Below, piece after piece: positions 53,898 through 64,000 of a stretch of DNA of 64,000 nucleotides. The position numbers were made by a program, and so were the translations under genes. Origin of the DNA: Saprospiraceae bacterium (lineage in GTDB: Bacteria; Bacteroidota; Bacteroidia; Chitinophagales; Saprospiraceae); assembly GCA_017987975.1 (NCBI GenBank), contig JAGNSQ010000001.1, positions 39,090 through 103,089 of the forward strand, given 5' to 3'. The notes below the pieces were generated by a model. It was not told where the DNA came from. It worked only from the letters and a program-made list of their open reading frames with translations, and made no database searches. Position 1 is the first letter of the stretch, and each line of letters begins with the position of its first letter.

Positions 53898-55037
53898 TTA
53901 ACTTTTTAAAATAGATCTGCTAATCACTAATTTTTGGATTTCGCTTGTGCCTTCACCAATGGTACATAGTTTAGAATCCCGATAGAATTTCTCAACTGGA
54001 AAGTCTTTTGTATAACCATATCCTCCAAAAATTTGGACTGCCTCATTGGATGCATAAACACAAACTTCTGAAGCATAGTATTTGGCCATGGCGCCGGCTT
54101 CAGTCACTTTTTCGCCTTTGTTTTTTAGTTCAGCTGCTTTTCTGGTTAATAATTCAGCCGCCTGGATCCTTGTAGCCATGTCTGCTAGTTTGAAAGAAAT
54201 AGCTTGAAAATTGGATATAGGCTGGCCAAATTGCTCTCTTTCTTTTGAATACTTAATTGAGGCTTCATAAGCACCTTTTGCAATGCCAAGAGACAATGCG
54301 GCAATACTGATTCTGCCTCCATCCAAAACTTTCATAGCCTGAATAAAACCATCGCCCACCTTACCAAGAACCTGACTTTTATGAATTCGGCATTCTTCAA
54401 ATATAAGCTCAGCAGTCTCAGAGGCTCTCATTCCCAACTTATTTTCCTTTTTACCTGCCTTAAAACCGGGTGTCCCCCTTTCTACGATAAAAGCGGTAAT
54501 GCCTCTGGAATCTAAAAGTTCACCGGTTCGCGCCAGAACTACTGCTATATCTCCGGATTTACCATGAGTGATCCAGTTTTTAGTTCCGTTCAGTACAAAA
54601 TAATCACCATCTTCAGTGGCAATACATTTCATTCTCATAGCATCACTTCCTGTATTGGCTTCTGTCAAGCCCCATGCTCCAATGTTTTCGCCTGATGCAA
54701 GCTTGGGAAGATATTTTTGTTTTTGCTCCTCATTGCCAAAGGTCAGTATATGTCCTGTGCAAAGACTATTGTGAGCTGCTACTGATAGACCAATAGAGCC
54801 GCAAACTTTGCCTATTTCTGTTAAAATACTTACATATTCTTGATAACCCAGGCCCGAACCACCATATTGATGAGGTACCAAAACTCCAAGAAATCCTTGT
54901 TTTCCTAATTCTCTCATTAAATCAACAGGAAAATGCTGAGCCTCATCCCATTCCATTACAAAAGGGAGAATGTGCTTTTTTGCAAATTCTGAAGCTGAGT
55001 GTTCAATGATCTCAAGGTGTTCAATACTTTCAAACAT
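53898..55037 (-). CDS. acyl-CoA dehydrogenase (short/branched-chain type)
   Basis: GLTEANTGSDA, QIFGGYGYTKDFPVEKFYRD, TIGEGTSEIQ. Confidence 0.9.
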   Translation of the reverse strand: MFESIEHLEIIEHSASEFAKKHILPFVMEWDEAQHFPVDLMRELGKQGFLGVLVPHQYGGSGLGYQEYVSILTEIGKVCGSIGLSVAAHNSLCTGHILTFGNEEQKQKYLPKLASGENIGAWGLTEANTGSDAMRMKCIATEDGDYFVLNGTKNWITHGKSGDIAVVLARTGELLDSRGITAFIVERGTPGFKAGKKENKLGMRASETAELIFEECRIHKSQVLGKVGDGFIQAMKVLDGGRISIAALSLGIAKGAYEASIKYSKEREQFGQPISNFQAISFKLADMATRIQAAELLTRKAAELKNKGEKVTEAGAMAKYYASEVCVYASNEAVQIFGGYGYTKDFPVEKFYRDSKLCTIGEGTSEIQKLVISRSILKS

Positions 55038-55225
55038 ATACTAGTTTTTTACCTAAACGCAGGGCAAAGAAAAGTGTTTTAATGGGTTTCACAAAACATG
55101 ACACAAAATCAATTGGTTTTTTTCTTTAAAAGGCTCATGTTGGTATCAAATCAATGGATTTAACACTTATTTAAGGGTAAAAAGGGCTATCTTTACGTTC
55201 GGTTTATAGGGTGATAAACTAAGTA

Positions 55226-58200
55226 ATGACTCAAGAAAAAGCAAATAAAATATGGAAAAAAGCAGGTAGATGGCTCGCTTGGCTTGTTGTTTTCATATTG
55301 CTTTTTCCCGTTTTGGTGACAGCGGTACTTCATATTCCGGTTGTTCAGCAATGGGTTTCAGGCAAAGTTACCAATTATCTATCTGATAAAATTGAAGCCA
55401 AGGTAACCCTTTCAAGAATCGATTTGAGCATTTTTAAAGGAGTTAGTTTGTCAGATTTTGCCATTCAACAAATGGAAGGTGATACCCTTTTGGCCGTTGA
55501 TCGATTGGAAGTTAATCTTTCAAAAAACCTGTTTTCACTTTTTAGAAAAAGACTTGAAATCAATAGTATTTCACTCGTAAATCCAAGAATTTCTGCAGAG
55601 GTAGACCCGAAAGATGGTAAAATCAATTTATTAAAATTGCTGGAGAAGTTGTCTTCTCCCTCAAGTTCAAGTAGTAAGGATCCTATTGTAATTAATCTGA
55701 AGGAGTTTTATGTAAAAAAATTGAATTTTACTTTGCTTGACGAACCTCGACAAGTCAATCTCATTGCCAGATTAGAAGAGGGTAAAATCAATTTTAAACG
55801 ATTCGATATCAAAAACCTGGTTTTTGATGTAGGTGATCTAAATCTGATCAAACCTGAATTTCAAAGACTTGATTTTGGTTCAGAAATCTCTTACGTAAAA
55901 AAAGATAAAAAAACCACTGTTTCAAACACGGCTCAGCTATGTGTTACCATTAAAGCATTAAATATTTTAGATGGCATTGTCAATTTAGACAAACGCCTTC
56001 AATCAACAGGTAATGAAGCTTTCCTCTTTAATCCAGATCATATAGCATTTCACCACATCAATCTTGATATAGACAACCTTTCTTTTGGAGGAATTGAGGA
56101 TGTTTATGCGAAGATCAATAACCTTGCTTTTGAATCCCCTTCAGGTTTTGTTTTACAAAAAATGGAAGTTCCTTCCTTGATCATTAACCATCAGATGTTG
56201 TCATTGGAAGAGTTTTACATCAAAACAGGTAATTCTACTTTGGGCAATAAAGTAGTTTTGAAATTTAAAGGGATCGAATCATTTGCTGATTTTGCAAATA
56301 AAGTGGTTATTGATGCAGATTTTTCAGAAGGCTTGATTTCACTTAAAGAATTGGGTTACTTTATTCCTGCCTTTGCGAGCTCTGATTTTTATCGATCCTA
56401 CAGCAATAAATCGTTGGAGTTAGATGGAAAATTAAAGGGTCGATTAGCCAATATTAAAGGGGCTGGGTTAACAGTAAGATTGGAAGATAAACTATTTTTT
56501 GCGGGTGATTTCGGTGCAAGAAATTTGCAGGATCCGGGAGAAATGTTGCTGAATCTTAGGGTGCAAAAACTGCTGACCAATATTTCATTTATTGGAGATG
56601 TAATTCCAGGATTTAACCCTCCTGCCAATTTCTATCAGCTGGGTAGGGTTGATTTTAATGGCAATTTTGATGGCTACCTAAATGATTTTGTGGCTTTTGG
56701 GAAATTGAATACCGAGATTGGGCATGCTGATCTTGATTTGAGACTTGATGTCAAAAAAGGAAATGATAAAGCCAAATATGCAGGGAACTTAGTACTTACT
56801 GATTTTGACCTGGGCAAGTGGAGCAATAATGCAAATTTGGGAAAAGTGTCGTTCAAAGCGAAAATCAAGGATGGTGAAAGTTTGATTTTTAAAAATGCAA
56901 AAGCTGAGCTAGAAGCAGTAGTTGAAAGATTAGAATTTAAAAATTACAACTACAACAAAATAAATGTCAAAGGAAGTCTGGCTTCTAATGCGTTTAATGG
57001 AAGTTTAATATCTGCTGATAAAAACATTGATTTTAATTTCAAAGGAAGTTTAGCTTTTGATAAGCCACTGCCTTACTTCAATTTTGATGCAAAGGTAAAT
57101 AATCTGAATCTGCAAGCCCTTAATCTTTCTAAGGATATTCGCAAGATTGGGGGACATTTGGTAATTCAGGGAGAGGGCAATTCTCTTAATACATTACTTG
57201 GTAAAATTACTGGTGATAGTGTTCTAATTATTAGAAATGATACACTTTACGATCTTGGGAAGGTTACTTTTATAGCTGAACAAAACAAGGGTAAAAATAG
57301 AAGTCTTGATTTTAGCTCTGAAATGGCAAATCTAAATTTACAAGGTGTTTATGATCTCAACACAGTAGTAAAAGATATCCAATATTTGGTTAAAAATAAC
57401 TTCCCTTACCATACTAGATCACTAGAATTTTCTGCAACAACACTTCAAAATATTCAAAATTTTACATTCGATGCTGAGTTGTTTGAAGCGAGAAAATTAT
57501 TTGGACTTATAGGTCTTAAGAACATGGATCTCCATCACTTTAAGGCAAAAGGTGCTGTTAATTCTGAAAAAAGGGAGCTGTCTTTTGTGTCTAATCTGCC
57601 ATTGCTAAAGGTGAATGACCTGACCTTTCATAATGTTCAATTGATGGCAAATAATACAGGAAACACTGGAGATTTTCTTTTGCACCTGGATAGTGCGTTT
57701 GTGTCAGGAAAAAAGTTAAATGCTGTCGAAATTCAGTCTGTGATGAAGGGAGATGATGTTCAATTCAAAATTGATGCTTCAAAAATTGTTGATTCCATTC
57801 AGAATTTTCAGCTTACTGGTACGCTTAGCCCCCATGAAAAGGGGTACACTGTTTCGATTACGGATAACGACATCAGGCTCTTTCAAAAAAGATGGAAAAT
57901 AAACAATGAATCAAAATTGTCTTTTGGGAGCAAATTTATTGATCTTGAAAATGTAACCATCACAGATGGGGTTCGTTTTTTGGAAGTGGGGGATGTAATG
58001 AACAAAGGTCTTGCTGTTAATATAGTCAAACTTGATGTAGCATCAATTAATCCAATTATCAAATATGATAAGATATTGATGGGTGGTGAACTTAACAGTA
58101 CATTAAAGGTCAGTGATATTTTCAACCCATCTCCGAGTATTACAGGCACTGTAAATATTCCATCATTTTTAATGAATAACGATTCTTATGGTGAATTGAC

Positions 58201-60046
58201 TATAGATGTAGGCAAAGAAGAAGGTAAGCCCATGGAGGTCTTGCTCTCACTTAGCAGAGCAACTGATGGTATGGCATTAAAAGTCAATGGCGAGTACAAC
58301 TTCGATACTAAATTATTGGATGCTGAGGTAAAGGGCAAAAAAGTGTCTCTCAAATTTTTGGAATACATTTTAAAGGCAGGTATCCGGGATGTAAAGGGTT
58401 ATGTTGATATTGATGCTGATGTCAATGGCAAACTACCGGAAATAAAAATCGACGGCAAAGGGAAAGCATTTGGAGGACAATTAGAAGTAATTTATTTGGG
58501 GGAAACTTATTATTTCGACAACCAGGATTTTGAAATTACTGAAAGTTATATTGATCTGACAGGGGCTAAGCTGACAGATTCTGAAGGCAACCCTGGTTTT
58601 ATTGAAGGTACACTTACCCACAAACTATTTAAAGATTTTTACCTGAACGCCAGCATCCGGGGTGATAATGTTATTGCTATTAACACGAGTAAATTTGACA
58701 ATCCCGTTTATTATGGCATTGGAAGAGGGCAGGTATCAGTCGATTTTAGCGGTTCGGTTAATACACCTAAAATGGTAATCAACGCCATTACAAAACCGGG
58801 TACTGTAATCAATATTCCCATCAAAGAATCTCGATCATCTGCAGATCAAAGTTTTATATCGTTTATCGACAAGGAGAAATTTTTAGCTCAAAATGATGAC
58901 AGTCTTTCAATAAGTCAGGATGTAAAGGTAGAAGGTATTTCAATAGAAATGAACCTTACTATGACGCAGGATGCTGTGGTTAATATGATTTTTGATGAAT
59001 TTAAGAACGACATCATAACGGGTGTGGGAAACGGTAATCTTCGAATTTCAATGTCTAATAGAGGTGAATTCGACATGTTTGGCGTCTATACTATTGCTCG
59101 GGGCAATTACTTATTCACTGCGTTTAATTTTGTCAACAAGCCATTTCTGGTAAGAGAAGGAGGTACGATAAGGTGGACTGGCGACCCTATCAATGCTACC
59201 CTCAATATTGAAGCAGATTATGCTGTAAAAACGCCTCTTACCTCATTTTTAACAGAATACCTGGTTACCGATCAATTGGTTAATGCAGCAGCTGTTTCTA
59301 CAGCAGTTAATCTTAAATTGATTTTAGGCAATACCTTGTTTAACCCTTCCGTCAAATTTGATTTTGAATTTCCAAATCTCACAGGCGAACTCAAGAGTTA
59401 CACTGATAGTAAAATCAGATTGCTTCGAAATAATGAATCAGACTACAATAGTCAGGTTTTTGGACTGATTGTGTTTAACTCTTTTATTCCCTCTAATACC
59501 ATTTCAGATGTAGTAACCAACAACAATTTTATTCAAAGTGCAGGCATCAGTACTTTGAGTGAATTTGTTAGCAGTCAATTGTCTATGTTTGTAACCGGTT
59601 TAGTCAACGAGGCTCTGGAAGATAATGGTTTGATCTCGGGCATCGATTTTGATATTGATCTTCGCAATAATTCAACTTTTCAAAGTGTGACTGGTAATAA
59701 TTCATTGCTGCCAACAGAAATAGAAGTTAAACTAAAAAACAAATTCCGTTTTTTAGATGAGCGATTATCCATTAATGTTGGTGGAAACTACGTAAGACAG
59801 AATTCAATTATTAACCTCAATAACTATATTGTTCCTGAATTTTTTATTGAGTATGCCTTAACCAAAGACAGGCAGCTGAATTTAAAATTATATGGTAAAT
59901 ATGACCTGGATGAAATTAGTTTGACCAGTAGACGTCAGAAATTCGGACTTGGTTTAAGGTATAAGAATGAATTTGGTTCGATGGTAGAAACTCGAACAAA
60001 ATTGTCAGATGGTTTCAAAAAATTATTGGAAACACAAAAGAAATAA
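55226..60046 (+). CDS. tamB: translocation and assembly module protein TamB (AsmA-like, DUF490 C-terminus)
   Basis: 1606 aa. N-terminal TM anchor (WLAWLVVFILLFPVLVTAVL), a long beta-rich body, and a conserved C-terminal block (GTIRWTGDPINATLNIEADY..). Confidence 0.7.
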   Translation: MTQEKANKIWKKAGRWLAWLVVFILLFPVLVTAVLHIPVVQQWVSGKVTNYLSDKIEAKVTLSRIDLSIFKGVSLSDFAIQQMEGDTLLAVDRLEVNLSKNLFSLFRKRLEINSISLVNPRISAEVDPKDGKINLLKLLEKLSSPSSSSSKDPIVINLKEFYVKKLNFTLLDEPRQVNLIARLEEGKINFKRFDIKNLVFDVGDLNLIKPEFQRLDFGSEISYVKKDKKTTVSNTAQLCVTIKALNILDGIVNLDKRLQSTGNEAFLFNPDHIAFHHINLDIDNLSFGGIEDVYAKINNLAFESPSGFVLQKMEVPSLIINHQMLSLEEFYIKTGNSTLGNKVVLKFKGIESFADFANKVVIDADFSEGLISLKELGYFIPAFASSDFYRSYSNKSLELDGKLKGRLANIKGAGLTVRLEDKLFFAGDFGARNLQDPGEMLLNLRVQKLLTNISFIGDVIPGFNPPANFYQLGRVDFNGNFDGYLNDFVAFGKLNTEIGHADLDLRLDVKKGNDKAKYAGNLVLTDFDLGKWSNNANLGKVSFKAKIKDGESLIFKNAKAELEAVVERLEFKNYNYNKINVKGSLASNAFNGSLISADKNIDFNFKGSLAFDKPLPYFNFDAKVNNLNLQALNLSKDIRKIGGHLVIQGEGNSLNTLLGKITGDSVLIIRNDTLYDLGKVTFIAEQNKGKNRSLDFSSEMANLNLQGVYDLNTVVKDIQYLVKNNFPYHTRSLEFSATTLQNIQNFTFDAELFEARKLFGLIGLKNMDLHHFKAKGAVNSEKRELSFVSNLPLLKVNDLTFHNVQLMANNTGNTGDFLLHLDSAFVSGKKLNAVEIQSVMKGDDVQFKIDASKIVDSIQNFQLTGTLSPHEKGYTVSITDNDIRLFQKRWKINNESKLSFGSKFIDLENVTITDGVRFLEVGDVMNKGLAVNIVKLDVASINPIIKYDKILMGGELNSTLKVSDIFNPSPSITGTVNIPSFLMNNDSYGELTIDVGKEEGKPMEVLLSLSRATDGMALKVNGEYNFDTKLLDAEVKGKKVSLKFLEYILKAGIRDVKGYVDIDADVNGKLPEIKIDGKGKAFGGQLEVIYLGETYYFDNQDFEITESYIDLTGAKLTDSEGNPGFIEGTLTHKLFKDFYLNASIRGDNVIAINTSKFDNPVYYGIGRGQVSVDFSGSVNTPKMVINAITKPGTVINIPIKESRSSADQSFISFIDKEKFLAQNDDSLSISQDVKVEGISIEMNLTMTQDAVVNMIFDEFKNDIITGVGNGNLRISMSNRGEFDMFGVYTIARGNYLFTAFNFVNKPFLVREGGTIRWTGDPINATLNIEADYAVKTPLTSFLTEYLVTDQLVNAAAVSTAVNLKLILGNTLFNPSVKFDFEFPNLTGELKSYTDSKIRLLRNNESDYNSQVFGLIVFNSFIPSNTISDVVTNNNFIQSAGISTLSEFVSSQLSMFVTGLVNEALEDNGLISGIDFDIDLRNNSTFQSVTGNNSLLPTEIEVKLKNKFRFLDERLSINVGGNYVRQNSIINLNNYIVPEFFIEYALTKDRQLNLKLYGKYDLDEISLTSRRQKFGLGLRYKNEFGSMVETRTKLSDGFKKLLETQKK

Positions 60047-60051
60047 TCTCC

Positions 60052-60900
60052 TTATTCGAGGATGTCTGTTCTCTCACTGATCCCTACTTTACCAGAATCA
60101 CTTCGTTCAACCTTAATGTAGTTGGTAAAAGGGTCATGTTCAGTAAACAAATAAGTTTCCCCGTCGCAAGCCCTCTCAAACAATTCTTCTTTTTCTCTTA
60201 AAGTAACCAGAGGCTGAACGTCATACGCCATGATATAAGGAAGACCCACATGAAAACTGGATGGCAACAAATCCGCGCAGAAAATTATCTTTTTACCGGT
60301 TGCTATTTGAATGGTTGGTATCATCATAGCCCCGGTATGTCCATAAACAAAGTCAAGTGTTATGGTATCCGAAAATTTTACACTTTCTCCTAATTCGACC
60401 AGATTCAGAATATTAAGATCGAGGAGCGGCTGTATATTTTCTTTTAAAAATGACGCCTGTTCTCTTTCATTTGGATTAAGGGCCCAGTCGAGGTGATAAT
60501 CATTGGACCAAACTTTTGCATTGGGAAAAGTAGGCACGATTTGCCCTTTGTTATCCAGTGATAGCACACCCCCTGCATGGTCAAAGTGAAAATGGGTTAA
60601 TATTACGTCCGTAATTTCGGACGCATCAAAACCATAATAATCCAGGTCATTGTTAAAATCAATGATATTGGATGGACTGAAGTGACTTCTGAATTTTTCA
60701 CTTTGTTTATTCCCAATACCCGTATCGATTAAAATTTTCCGGTCACCTTCTTCAACCAATAAACAACGCATGGCCCAGGTACACATGTTGTGGTCATCGG
60801 GAGGATTGAGCTTGGACCACATAGATTTGGGCACAACTCCAAACATGGCACCACCATCGAGCTTAAAAAACCCCGTATTGATTACCGTTACTCTGGCCAC
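60052..60900 (-). CDS. MBL-fold metallo-hydrolase
   Basis: HFHFDHAGG (HxHxDH) plus downstream His/Asp ligands. Confidence 0.85.
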   Translation of the reverse strand: MARVTVINTGFFKLDGGAMFGVVPKSMWSKLNPPDDHNMCTWAMRCLLVEEGDRKILIDTGIGNKQSEKFRSHFSPSNIIDFNNDLDYYGFDASEITDVILTHFHFDHAGGVLSLDNKGQIVPTFPNAKVWSNDYHLDWALNPNEREQASFLKENIQPLLDLNILNLVELGESVKFSDTITLDFVYGHTGAMMIPTIQIATGKKIIFCADLLPSSFHVGLPYIMAYDVQPLVTLREKEELFERACDGETYLFTEHDPFTNYIKVERSDSGKVGISERTDILE

Positions 60901-60903
60901 TCT

Positions 60904-61950
60904 TTATGCTAGCTTGATTAAGCCATTTTTTTCCATTTGATAGTATTCTTTGAACGTAATCATACGCTCTGAGCTCTCGTCCCAAAGTTTATGAGAAGCC
61001 AATTTTAGACTTTCCCAAAAAGTGATTTCTGTAGTATATTGATTGATCCATGGAATGGAGTCAACACTTTTTTTAAGGTTGTAATTAGGAATTGCTGGAT
61101 TAAGATGGTGGATGTGGTGAATGGCAATATTGCCCGTAAACCAATTGAAAATGCCAGGTAATTTATAATAACTGCTTCCTTTCACAGCCGCATAAATAAA
61201 TTCCCATTTGGCTCTCCAATGTTTATATCCTTTTTCGTGCTGGTGCTGAATGTAAAAGAACCAAATGGCAACTATGGCAAATATAAAAAGGGTAATAAAA
61301 TGAACGAACAAGACCTTTTTCCAATCCAATAAGATACACAAAAGTGTGACACCCCCTATCAGCAAAACATTGTTAAATGTAAGACTCCACTTCAATTTTT
61401 TAAACTCCGGCATTTTTATCAGTGCCAGTCTGTTATGGATCAATACATAATATATGGGAATAATGCCAAACATTACAATTGGAGATCTGTAGACTCTGTA
61501 CCAAAATCGCTGAAACTTGGTCAAAGCTGCAAACTCCTGAACTGTGAGAGTGTCAAGATCACCAATGTCTCTCACTTCCAGCATTCCATTATGGTTGTGA
61601 TGAAAGTGATGGGAGGTCGCCCAATATTTATAAGGAATGGCACTAAATAAACTGCATACATAGCCAACTATGTTGCGCATGTGCCTGGAACTAACAAACG
61701 AATTGTGCCCACAGTCATGCTGAATAATAAATATGCGCACCAAAAAAAATGCATTTAATATTCCAAGCAAAACTACCAGTGCTTTGCTGTAGTCCCACAA
61801 ATTGTACATCAATACCCACAATAGAATAAAAGGCCCAAATGAATTGAGCAACTGAATAGTAGCCTTTAAGTAACTTGGGTTTTGATATTGTTTGAGGGTT
61901 TTAAGCGCAGACTGGATTTTGTCTCTGAATTCTCTCTTTTCTAATTCCAT
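60904..61950 (-). CDS. membrane fatty acid desaturase
   Basis: His boxes HDCGH, HHFHH, HHIHH. I moved the start to ATG 61950 (MELEKREF...), supported by a -7 box 21 nt upstream. Confidence 0.85.
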   Translation of the reverse strand: MELEKREFRDKIQSALKTLKQYQNPSYLKATIQLLNSFGPFILLWVLMYNLWDYSKALVVLLGILNAFFLVRIFIIQHDCGHNSFVSSRHMRNIVGYVCSLFSAIPYKYWATSHHFHHNHNGMLEVRDIGDLDTLTVQEFAALTKFQRFWYRVYRSPIVMFGIIPIYYVLIHNRLALIKMPEFKKLKWSLTFNNVLLIGGVTLLCILLDWKKVLFVHFITLFIFAIVAIWFFYIQHQHEKGYKHWRAKWEFIYAAVKGSSYYKLPGIFNWFTGNIAIHHIHHLNPAIPNYNLKKSVDSIPWINQYTTEITFWESLKLASHKLWDESSERMITFKEYYQMEKNGLIKLA

Positions 61951-61970
61951 TATTAATTGCAAATTATAAG

Positions 61971-61978
61971 CAAATATA
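61971..61978 (-). promoter_or_regulatory. Bacteroidota -7 promoter box (TATATTTG on minus strand)
   Basis: The plus strand reads CAAATATA. The box lies 21 nt upstream of ATG 61950. Confidence 0.5.
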
Positions 61979-62083
61979 AAAATATTAAATTGACCTGGCT
62001 TTGATTTTGGCCATGATTTAAAATATTATTTGGAAAAATTTGAAAATATTGAACTGCTGGTTCAAATATTTTATTGAAATTTT

Positions 62084-62512
62084 TCACTGGTTTATGTGAT
62101 TACCTCCCATTTTTCTCCTCTGCATCTTTTGAGTAGCATTCATTCTTTTGGATAGTAATCTTTTTTCATTCACTGCCTTTGGAACCTTTGTTTTTATCCT
62201 TTTTTTTATTGGTGTTAATGCACTAAGAAGTATTTGATGGCACTTTTCTATACAATGTTCTTTGTTCTGAAGCTGACTTCTGAACTTTTGAGAAGTACAA
62301 CTTAAAATGATGCCATCAATTAAATTAAACTGAAGTTTATTCAATAAAGTTTCCTTCTGCTCATCTGTTAGAAGGGTAGACTCTGATATGTTAAAGCGCA
62401 AAATCACCTTTGTTTCCGTCTTATTGGTGTTTTGTCCACCCGGACCTCCGCTTCTGCTGGTAATAAACTCAAATTCTCTTCGTAAATCTGGAAGAATGCT
62501 AAGCAGTGACAT
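62084..62512 (-). CDS. arfB: alternative ribosome-rescue factor ArfB (peptidyl-tRNA hydrolase, GGQ class)
   Basis: SGGPGGQNTNK motif and a basic C-terminal tail (KRIKTKVPKAVNEKRLLSKR..RRKM). Overlaps the pepD 3' end by 14 nt. Confidence 0.88.
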   Translation of the reverse strand: MSLLSILPDLRREFEFITSRSGGPGGQNTNKTETKVILRFNISESTLLTDEQKETLLNKLQFNLIDGIILSCTSQKFRSQLQNKEHCIEKCHQILLSALTPIKKRIKTKVPKAVNEKRLLSKRMNATQKMQRRKMGGNHINQ

Positions 62513-63968
62513 TAGGTATGTTGGACAAAGTTAACAATAACAATCTCCAGAATTTTTGAGAAGAGGATACGCTGGCCCTTTCGTCAGGACTGTGTGCTCC
62601 TTTTATGGTTGGTCCAAAAGATATCATTTCCATTCCTGGGTAGTGGCTTCCTATGATGCCACATTCAAGGCCTGCGTGGCATGCTACCACTCGTGGTTCC
62701 TTGCCAAAAAGTTGGGTATATTGGTTTTTCATTAATTCCAATAAGGCAGATGAAGGATTAGGGCTCCAACCAGGATAACTCCCTGAAAATTGGCAGTCAA
62801 AACCAGCCAATTCAAATACCGCTTTAAGTGAATTGGCAACTTCCAATTTGGTGGATTCAACAGATGACCTGGTTAGGCACAATATCCTGGCCGTTCCATC
62901 ATTAACCTCAACCCTAGCTACATTGTTAGATGCCTCAACCAAATCAGACATTCCCGGACTCATGCGATAAACACCATTAACAGCGCCTGCAATGGCTTTG
63001 ATAATCGACATTTCAACTAACGGATCTATTGCATTCTTTGGTCCGGAAATAGATTCTAATGTGATTTTAAGATTGGGTTCCGCTATTTTATATTCCGCTA
63101 AAATTTCTTGTTTCAAGACCTCAAAATCAGCCATCACTTTTGTTTCTAATTCAGGGTGTAAACTTAGCTCTGCAATGCTCTCTCTGGGTATGGCATTTCT
63201 CAAGCCACCACCATTGATCCTACATACCATTACCCCATGTTCCGGGCACAGAAGATAGAGAAAACGATTCATTAATTTATTGGCATTGCCCAGTCCAAGA
63301 TGTATATCCATACCAGAGTGACCTCCTTTTAAGCCATTGATGGTCAGCTTCAATCCTACATTAATCGTGGGACAAGTGATAGGGTTATATAGAAGGGTAG
63401 CTGTAACATCCATGCCACCTGCGCAACCAATGTCCAATTCATCGTCATCTTCTGTATCAAGATTTAAAAGCAACTTGCCTTGGATAAATCCGGCTTCAAG
63501 TCCCAAAGCTCCGGTCATCCCTGTTTCTTCGTCTATGGTAAAAAGTGCTTCAAGTGGTGGGTGTTGATTGGTTGATGATGATAATATACCCATGATGGCC
63601 GCCACGCCAAGGCCATTATCAGCACCGAGAGTAGTGCCTTTGGCTTTTACCCAGTCACCTTCCACAAACATATCAATACCCTGGGTCTCAAAATTAAAAT
63701 CAGTATCATTGTTTTTTTGATGAACCATGTCAAGGTGGGCCTGAAGTACTACGGTTTGTCTGTTCTCCATTCCGACACTGGCTTGTTTTTTTATTAAAAC
63801 ATTGCCTACTTTGTCAGTTGCAACTTCCAGGCCCAGATTTTTGGCAAAATCAACCATAAATGCCCTTATCCCTTCTTCTTTTTTTGAGGCTCTTGGGATC
63901 GCATTTAATGCTGCAAAATTTTCCCAAATGGCTTGGGGTTCCAATTCATTTATTCTTTGCGTGTCCAT
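62499..63968 (-). CDS. pepD: aminoacyl-histidine dipeptidase (M20C)
   Basis: LQAHLDMVHQKN, FTIDEETGMTGA, LLNLDTEDD, GPTIKGAHSPDE. Confidence 0.88.
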   Translation of the reverse strand: MDTQRINELEPQAIWENFAALNAIPRASKKEEGIRAFMVDFAKNLGLEVATDKVGNVLIKKQASVGMENRQTVVLQAHLDMVHQKNNDTDFNFETQGIDMFVEGDWVKAKGTTLGADNGLGVAAIMGILSSSTNQHPPLEALFTIDEETGMTGALGLEAGFIQGKLLLNLDTEDDDELDIGCAGGMDVTATLLYNPITCPTINVGLKLTINGLKGGHSGMDIHLGLGNANKLMNRFLYLLCPEHGVMVCRINGGGLRNAIPRESIAELSLHPELETKVMADFEVLKQEILAEYKIAEPNLKITLESISGPKNAIDPLVEMSIIKAIAGAVNGVYRMSPGMSDLVEASNNVARVEVNDGTARILCLTRSSVESTKLEVANSLKAVFELAGFDCQFSGSYPGWSPNPSSALLELMKNQYTQLFGKEPRVVACHAGLECGIIGSHYPGMEMISFGPTIKGAHSPDERASVSSSQKFWRLLLLTLSNIPNVTA

Positions 63969-63984
63969 TTTTTTGGCTTTGATA

Positions 63985-63992
63985 CAAAATTA
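63985..63992 (-). promoter_or_regulatory. Bacteroidota -7 promoter box (TAATTTTG on minus strand)
   Basis: The plus strand reads CAAAATTA. The box lies 17 nt upstream of ATG 63968. Confidence 0.5.
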
Positions 63993-64000
63993 GGATTTCA

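Overview
This looks like a chromosomal, mostly housekeeping segment of an AT-rich Bacteroidota genome. Three things support that placement: several secreted proteins end in T9SS (Por) C-terminal sorting domains, many genes are preceded at the right distance by the Bacteroidota -7 promoter box TAnnTTTG, and intrinsic terminators are abundant. I call about 50 CDS, including ppa, dnaE, groES/groEL, thrC-like, maf, pepA, sdaA, nnr, fmt, truA, crtZ, glnS, argS, rsmD, tsaD, an HscA-like Hsp70, tamB, arfB and pepD. I also call two tRNAs, Arg-TCG and Ser-TGA. I found no transposase, integrase, CRISPR array, toxin-antitoxin pair or recognisable defence gene, so most of the window is ordinary core genome. 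Six things do not fit the ordinary picture. (1) At 636-5912 there is an amidoligase-type neighbourhood: a FemAB-like GNAT, an ATP-grasp enzyme, a stand-alone class-I GATase and a glutathionylspermidine-synthetase-like ligase, with no product I can name. (2) The ATP-grasp enzyme carries a histone-H1-like (AKKAAP)n tail encoded by nine near-perfect 18-bp tandem repeats. (3) A DksA/TraR-type protein is flanked by a long K/A/P-rich basic arm and a strongly acidic tail. (4) A roughly 105-nt perfectly nested three-way inverted-repeat element sits directly 3' of tRNA-Arg. (5) The 494-bp divergent intergenic region at 36623-37116 has a GC-richer, helix-forming core. (6) A T9SS cargo protein is built from eight divergent copies of a Cys-rich module of about 90 aa. 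All functional calls come from motif recognition by eye. No HMM or BLAST search was run, and the linkage claims are hypotheses.
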